Shown piece by piece: positions 56,059-64,000 of a stretch of 64,000 bases of DNA (position 1 is its first letter; each line of letters starts with the position of its first letter). This stretch comes from Eledone cirrhosa. Taxonomy: Eukaryota. The notes beneath the pieces were generated by a model. The model was given only the letters and a program-made list of their open reading frames with translations. It was not told the DNA's origin and ran no database searches. The position numbers were made by a program, and so were the translations under genes. The stretch lies in the NCBI GenBank assembly GCA_964016885.1, contig OZ024742.1, positions 355,260,001 to 355,324,000 of the forward strand, given 5' to 3'.

Positions 56059-59000
56059 GGCTTGGAGATGGCGGGTGTAGTATGCCAGACAAGCGAGCCA
56101 GTGGGCAATGAAGGTGAAGAGGTCCTGAGAACGGAGGAACCACCCGAAGCAGACAATGATCTGAATACTGAGATAAATAATACCTGGAACAGAGATACGG
56201 CCACTGAGGAGATGAATGCTGACGGGCTAGGACAAGATTCGGTTGACATCCTAAATTTAGTGGTAATTGAATTGAACAATGATAGTGGGAGACCTATGAA
56301 CCTAAGATTTGTAGACAGGAAAAAGTTAAAAGAAACAACAGCTAAGGTAAACAAAGTCATCCCATACCTTGAGGCGAGGAGCCTTCACCAGTGCAACAAT
56401 ATCCTCAAAGCAACAGCAAATACGGTGAGGAAACTACTTGGTATAACAGCGAGAGGAAACAACAGACAAGAAAGAGCAGAGCCGTGGTGGAAGAAGCGAC
56501 TGAGTGGGCAAATCGGGGAAATGAGGAATGACATAGGAAAGCTTGAGTCACTACTGAATGGGACACTAAAAAACATAGGCACTAAAAATAGACTGGAAAT
56601 AAAATACAAAACTAGGAGTAAAAAGCTAAATATTATCATAGAGGAATTGAAGCAACGCATTGTAGCAAAGAGTGCAAAAACCAGGCGATACGAGAACAGA
56701 GTCAGTCAGTATAAACAGAACCGCATGTTCGACAACAACCAGAAGATGCTGTTTGGACAGCTTGAGGGGAAAGAAAGAGGCAACGACTTGATCCCTGGGG
56801 CGGAACAAACTAAAACATTCTGGAGAGGAATATGGGAGCAGGATGTTAGACACAATGCCCAGGCTGGGTGGATTGAGACAGTACAGAGGGAGATCGGTGA
56901 GCAGGCACAACAACAAACTGATTTGAGTATCACAGTTGAAACTCTTAAGGGGCAAGCCAAAAAACTAACCAACTGGAAATCACCAGTCCCAGATGGTGTG
57001 CAGGGGTATTGGATTAAACATTTAACATCCCTCCACCCGAAGCTGACGGCCATGTTCAATGACTGCTTGGTGTCGGGTGAGGTGCCAGAGTGGTTGACAA
57101 AAGGTACCACAGTTCTGATAATGAAAGACCGAATCAAGGGTAATGATGTTACCAACTATAGACCTATCACATGTCTGTCCGTAATGTGGAAACTGTTGAC
57201 GAGCATTGTGTCTGAGGAAATCTACCATCACCTCCACACAAACAACTTGTTACCGGACGAACAGAAAGGATGCTGAAAGAAGTCACGTGGTACAAAGGAC
57301 CAGTTGCTTATTGATAAGATGGTAATGGGGAATTGCAGGAGGAGACACACTGATCTTGCCATGGGATGGATAGACTACAGAAAGGCATTTGACATGGTGC
57401 CTCATTCCTGGATCACCAAAAGCCTGGAGATCTTCAGGGTGGCAGATAACATCAGACAGTTGCTAGGCAGGAGTATGGGGTCCTGGGAGACAGAGTTGAC
57501 ATCAACTGGAGTATCCTTGGGAAGCGTGAAGATCAAGAGAGGTATCTTCCAGGGAAATAGCCTGTCCCCTCTGTTGTTTGTCCTTGCCCTGATGCCCTTG
57601 ACCATTATGCTGCGAAAAGTGAGAGCAGGATACAAGTTGGGAAGGGGAGAGCTTACCATCAATCACCTCCTCTTCATGGACGATCTTAAGCTCTTCGGGA
57701 AAGGTGAGAAGGAGTTGGATGTGCTTGTTGACACTGTCCGTATTTTCAGCAGTGATATATGTATGCAGTTTGGTATTGGTAAATGTGGAGTCATTGTGAT
57801 GAAGAGGGGCAGGTTGAGCAGAAGTAACTGGATCCAGATACCAACAGGTGAGATGATAAAGGAAATTGACTCTGAGGAAGGATACAAGTATTTGGGCGTT
57901 CTGGAGGCTGATGGCATAAAGAACAAAAAAATGAAGGAATTGTTAAGAACTGAATACATTCGGAGAGTAAGGAGCGTATTGAAGTCACATCTGAACAGCA
58001 GAAATGCCATAAGCGCAGTAAATTCCCGAGCTGTGTCTATTATTAGGTACAGTGCAGGAATTCTGAGATGGAATGTTGCTGAACAAAAAGAAATGGATAG
58101 GAAGACTAGGAAGCTATTGACTATCTACAACATGTTCCACAAGAGGAGTGATGTCGATAGACTCTACCTAAGGAGATCTGAGGGTGGAAGAGGTCTTATC
58201 AGCATAGAGGACTGTGTTCAGATGGAGAAAAACAACCTATACAAATACGTGACCTATAGTAAGGAGCCAATGCTCAGAACTGTACTGAAGGAGGGGACAG
58301 TAGGCCAGGGGATGTCCAAGGAGGAAATAACATCAAGGAGGAAGAGCAGCCTTAAGGGAAAACCCCTTCATAGTACCTTCTTTGAGAAAACTGAATTTAG
58401 AGATCCACAGACATGGAACTGGTTGAGAAGAGGAGACCTCAAAAAGGCTACAGAAGGAATGCTAATGGCTGCGCAGGAGCAGGCCCTCAAAACGAAGTGG
58501 TTGAAGCACCATATCTACAAGGAGGAGGCTAGCCCACTGTGCAGGATCTGTGGAGAGAGAGAGGAGACTGTGGCTCACATTGTGTCCGAGTGTAAACACC
58601 TAGCCCAGACCCACTATAATGGCTGGATACACGATGTGATGGGCAGTGTGATCCACTGGCACCTGTGCAAAGTAAACAATTTACCACATTCTGAGAAATG
58701 GTATGAGCATAGGCCAGAGGCGGTGATGGAGAACAATCAGGTGAAGGTGCTGTGGGATTTTAGGATACAGACGGACAAAAAACTGGAACACAATAGACCT
58801 GACCTGGTGGTTGTGGACAAAGAAAAAAGATCGTGCCTGATTGTGGATGTGGCCTGCCCGTTCGACACGAGAGTGCAAGAGAAGGAGAGGGAGAAAATTA
58901 ACCGATACCAGGACCTAAAGTGGGAGGTGAAAAGGATTTGGAACTGCCATGAAGTCAAAGTGATCCCGATTGTCATAGGCGCACTGGGGACTATCTCCAA

Positions 59001-59186
59001 AAGTTTCCAGGGATGGTTAAAGAAAATCGGCCCCTTCGCGCTTTTTGGAACGCTTCAAAAGGCATGCTTGCTTGGAACAGCAAGAACACTCCGATACGTC
59101 CTGAATATCTGAGGCTGCAGGTAGTGGCTTGATATTCAATCCAACGGACTTTCCAGTTAACCAACATCAATGACTGAGATTCAAGG
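56059..59186 (+). mobile_element. R4/Dong-clade RLE non-LTR retrotransposon, probably 5'-truncated
   Basis: Single RT-CCHC-RLE ORF; preceded by (AAT)7 at 56038-56058 and followed by an AAT/AAC tract at 59187-59228. Confidence 0.92.
56068..59112 (+). pseudogene. R4/Dong RT plus restriction-like endonuclease, single in-frame TGA at 57274-57276
   Basis: [108 protein letters not shown]. Confidence 0.92.
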
Positions 59187-59299
59187 AATAACAATAACAA
59201 CAATAATAATAACGACAACAATAATAATGTTTTCTTTCTTTTTTTTTTTTTTTTTTTTTTTTTCTATACACGCACACACATAAGCATATCTATACACAC

Positions 59300-60068
59300 G
59301 ATACCAACTAACAGCGCTGCGATCGAATGTGGCTTTGTAGCCCAGCCAATGATCTAAAATGTCTTGCACAGAGTCGGCAACCAAAACATTCACTGGGAAT
59401 AGTCGGCTGTGGTTGGAGTTCGTGTACTTTTGCATGTCGCTTGAGCCCTTCTGCTGATCTACATTCTCTAGCACATGTTTAGCAAGCATGATGAGTAGCA
59501 TCCTTAACAGCAGCCTGGTAGTCAACCACTGGTCTTACTTTATGACTGCGAAGATGACTTTCGAGTCCAGCTTTGCTTAGGCAGAGTCTCGCACAGCCGC
59601 TGCATGTCAGCACCATAGGAGGACCCTCGCCGCCTGGAAGTGTAACAGCAATGGCCTTCCTCACATCCCGCTTTACTTTCTCGTATGCGATTCGAGATGC
59701 CTCAAAGGCAACTTTTCCCTCATATACAGTCTTTCTCCATGTATTACGATCTTCAGCAATATTTTCCCATGTATCAGCAGAGATGTTAGCGCCTTTCAGA
59801 GAGGCTTTCAAGGAATCCTTATACCTCTTTTTTGGTTTATGTGGCCGTCGTTTTCCTTTAACCAACTCTCCATAAAAGAGTTGTTTTGGTATTCTAGAAT
59901 CCTTCATCCTGGCAAGGTGACCACTCCAATGGAGTCGTTGCTTAAGCACAAGAGCTTCTATACTGTCACACATAGAGCTTTCCAAAATCTCGACATCACT
60001 GATGTGGTCCCTCCAGTGGACGCCATGGATCCGTCTGAGACACATCTGATGGAAACGCTCCAATTGCT
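59300..60068 (-). mobile_element. RTE-clade LINE 3' fragment
   Basis: QLERFHQMCLRRI..WSGHLARMKDSRIPKQLFYGEL..KRYKDSLK..AEDRNTWR and C2H2 CSGCARLCLSKAGLESHLRSH. Confidence 0.88.
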
Positions 60069-60085
60069 TACATACATACATACGT

Positions 60086-60509
<424 letters not shown>

Positions 60510-60774
60510 ATATATAAATATATAAAGTATGGAAGCATGTATGCATTTGGTGACCTGGAATTAGACATCTAAAAGTACAGAGGTGTGTGAACACCCATAA
60601 AACATTATCGATTATATATCATAATCTATTATCCGTCCGTATCATATACATTTATTGTTTCGATCATGCAAGACCTCTCCAGTTCAATTGATTATACACA
60701 GAAATTCCAAAATTATTCGCCATCTCTGCAGAAGCTGACTAACCCACTGCACATATCATGCCGTGAAACATTTC

Positions 60775-61325
60775 CTATATGTTAGCTGTCGTCAGGGCGT
60801 TGGAGCGCATACTTTGTTACATATAGTTAGGGTTCATTGCGTCCAGAGTTCAAATCCCGGCGAGGTTAGCTTTACCTTTCATCCTTACATTTTCGCTGAA
60901 ATAAAATACAGGTAATGTGCTGGCGGTGAATTAAATGGCTTCCCCTTCCTCAAAATTGTTAGCCCTGTGCCTAAAACAGAAAACATTATTTTACGCAATC
61001 ATCATTTAAATTATTCGAAACAATTATAATACTTGGCAATTAATATGTTAACCCTATACTATAAGGGCGGTGAATTGGCAGTATCGGTAGAGGGCTGGAT
61101 GCCATGCTTTCTAGCATAGCTACGTCCCTTTACGGTCTGAGTTTAAATCCCAATGAGGTTAACTTTGCTTTTCAACCTTGCGGGGTCGATAAAATAAAGT
61201 ACCAGTAATGTACTGGGTAATTGTGCCAAAAGTAGAAACAATTATTGTACACGATCAACATTTAAATTACTCGAAATAATTACAGTGTCTCATTAATACT
61301 TAGCAATTAATATGTTAACCCTATA
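60775..61325 (+). mobile_element. Two SINE family 1 copies in a diverged tandem duplication including 3' flank
   Basis: gagttcaaatccc at ~60846; second SINE from 61065; flank catttaaatta..gcaattaatatgttaaccctata repeated. Confidence 0.75.
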
Positions 61326-61755
61326 TGTACCATATAATAGTTTCGTATGATGTAGAAGTACACCACATTATGTAATATCAGTTGATATCTTGCTTCGAAG
61401 CTAATCATCCCTCGCCTTTCCATATCTCCACGTGTTGTATTGTTTTATTCACATTCATGCCAAATCAAGTTATCTTCAATATCATGTTATTAGATGTTAT
61501 TTGTGTCCACGAATTCATCTTATTTTCTTATGGTTTTCTTATTTTCTACATTATTCATTTTAACACATATCCCACATGAATCTATTCATTGTAGACACTA
61601 TATGCTTTTGTGTGTGTGTGTGTTAGTGCGTACGTGTGAGTTTATTACTAAGTGTGTGCGTGTGTATCCATATCAGAATGATTGGATATGTCTAAACATT
61701 AATGTAAGTTTCAAAGTGTGTATGTATTTAAATACACATAAAAACACACACACAT

Positions 61756-61787
<32 letters not shown>

Positions 61788-62287
61788 TGGTAAACGGATA
61801 GAAAATGCTGCCAGATTGTTCACAGTGAAAAATAGTTTAATTAGGAATAAGTGAGAATTAGTAATTGTATTGGTTAGTATTCAGTGTTGGTTTTAAGTTT
61901 TACCGGTTGCGCATTTCTAATGCTTTTCAAAAATAATTTTGAGATCGAGCGTCCTTGATGTTTGCTCTGATCTGATAATTTTGGGGAATTCTACCTGTTT
62001 TTATGTTAAAAAAGTGGCTCCAGCGGTATTAAAATAAGTTTTGCGCTAATTCGTGTTGCAAAAATTCTTGTGGTCAAAACAATTTTGATTGGTCGGTAGA
62101 GGTCATGTGAATGTAAAAAATTGATTTTGCGCCAAATGTAGGTTTGTGTCGGCTGACTGAGAAATGACTCTTTCACAACAAATACGTGTGTGTGTAGTAG
62201 TAGTAAAGTGTTCGTTGTTGTGATAATGGTCGGGCAGGGATGTGTGTGCGACCCGCAGCTGGTTGACAGTTCAAATGCCTATTAGGA

Positions 62288-62344
<57 letters not shown>

Positions 62345-63356
62345 CAGAGTAATTCATGGTAGAGGGACAGTCAGTAGGAATGTGTCTGTAAGTGAGTGGG
62401 GGATATTTTAACATGTTAAAAGATATTTTTCAGCTCTTGTCTTATACGGAGAAGTGTGCGTGTGTGTGTGTGTGTATGCCTCTTTGTATGTTAATGTACG
62501 CGTCTGTATGTGTTTGTATATATGTGTGCGTGTGTGTGTGTGAGTCGACCAGTATTTTTTCCTGGTAAAATGGTGTATCTTATTCGATATTTTCAGTAAA
62601 ATCGATTCTCTCAATAGAACATCAAAAATCTTAATAATAAAAGGTGTGAAATGATATGTAGTATTGGCATAATACCAAGGTGTGTGTGAGTGTGTGGGTG
62701 TGTCCAGATTGTACGTACCGAAAGGCAGATCCCTTAGGCCTTGCCGTATTGGAATATATATATATATATAAATATATGTGTGCATATCTGTGTGTATATA
62801 TATATATATTTATATATGTGTATATATATATATATATATATACGTGTGTGTGTGTGTGTGTGTGTGTGTTTATATGGCATGTGAAATCCGACATATTAAA
62901 GTAAGAGAAAGTTGAATTAATTAAATATCCGCCTAAGCGTAGATAATTTATTCAAAAGTAAATAGTTATCAGAGACAAAAAAAATATGAGAAAAGTTGGT
63001 TTCATGCTCCAAAAGAATAGAGATATTAATTTTTGGGGATTGAAATTTGACATTACAATAGCTAGTTGAGACAAAGAATGAGAAGGAGACATGAAACTGA
63101 GAGAAATATAGTGGAAGGCTGTAAAGTTAAGTTTTGCCAGCAATATTAGCCTTATGGTAAGTTCCACTGTATTTGGCAACACACAAGGTATCTGCACCGT
63201 TTGACTCGCACTTTTATTTCTCTCGTAGTGTTTCACTTCTTTTTGCTTTTCTGGTGAATTTAGTAAGAAACGTTAAGAGGTTTTTTTAATCTCTTTAACC
63301 GTATTGAATATTCATCAAAGTGTTGTCCTTGTTATATATATATATATATATATACA

Positions 63357-63404
<48 letters not shown>

Positions 63405-64000
63405 AAAACATATGAAATCGAAAATGTAACTGGAGTCTTTTTAAGACGGGTTTCACAGTTATTATGCTTTTCAAAATTAGAATTGAGATGGGGTGTTTGT
63501 GGTTTTTCCCGCACCTATAAATATATATATGTATTTAATTTATATATTAAAAATAGACGGGACCCGACGGTGGAGCTCTTGCCGTATCAACAGCTAGTTC
63601 CAGACGTCAGGAACTACCTGTTGAAAGGGCATGGGCTCCACAGATGGATCCTGGCACTTTATAATATAATAATACTCTACAGCATAATATAAAAATACTC
63701 AAGACATCCATTGAGTAATGGTTTAACAAGCTTCAAACTAAACCCATCCTGATACATATTTATACATATACTAAAATTGGGACAATTTTAGTATATGTAA
63801 CTTATGTAATGAAGATTCCATATGCCAGACACAGTTTATTCCAACGTGTCTCCTTCACCATCCTCCGAGAAAACGCCTTATCTATTCTTTTCACCGGGCC
63901 TTGGGGTAGCCAGTACGTGGGTTTCTGTTTGCTTCTAATAGTTGTTTCTACTTTTGGCACAAGGCCAGCAATTTTCACAGTTTATTGCTGGTAATATATT

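Noticed and set aside
61790-63330. Possible further decayed PLE coding remnants (also 48870-48990)
   Set aside because: Too degenerate to assign motifs without a profile search

Overview
Eukaryotic, AT-rich, microsatellite-saturated [(TA)n,(CA)n,(GA)n,(AAT)n] non-genic DNA. The SINE set and repeat landscape resemble an octopus/cephalopod genome (inference). No host protein-coding gene is recognisable. Retroelements dominate: a decayed full-length Penelope-like element (PLE, RT plus GIY-YIG, ~7.7-12.4 kb), several PLE RT/GIY-YIG remnants and pseudo-LTRs, a near-intact Tx1-type LINE head-to-head with an R4/Dong-type RLE LINE inside an (AAT)n tract, CRE- and RTE-clade remnants, and tRNA-derived SINEs. 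The main signal missed by the ORF track is RNA structure: well over a dozen hammerhead-ribozyme (HHR) motifs from several unrelated repeat families, all folded by eye. They include (i) a 6.3-copy 471-bp tandem array with one minimal type I HHR per unit (retrozyme/circRNA-like), (ii) a tandem pair of HHRs with a ~80-nt branched, covarying insertion in helix II, and (iii) U3-A8 core variants. Many of these units lie in fold-back palindromes next to (TA)n.
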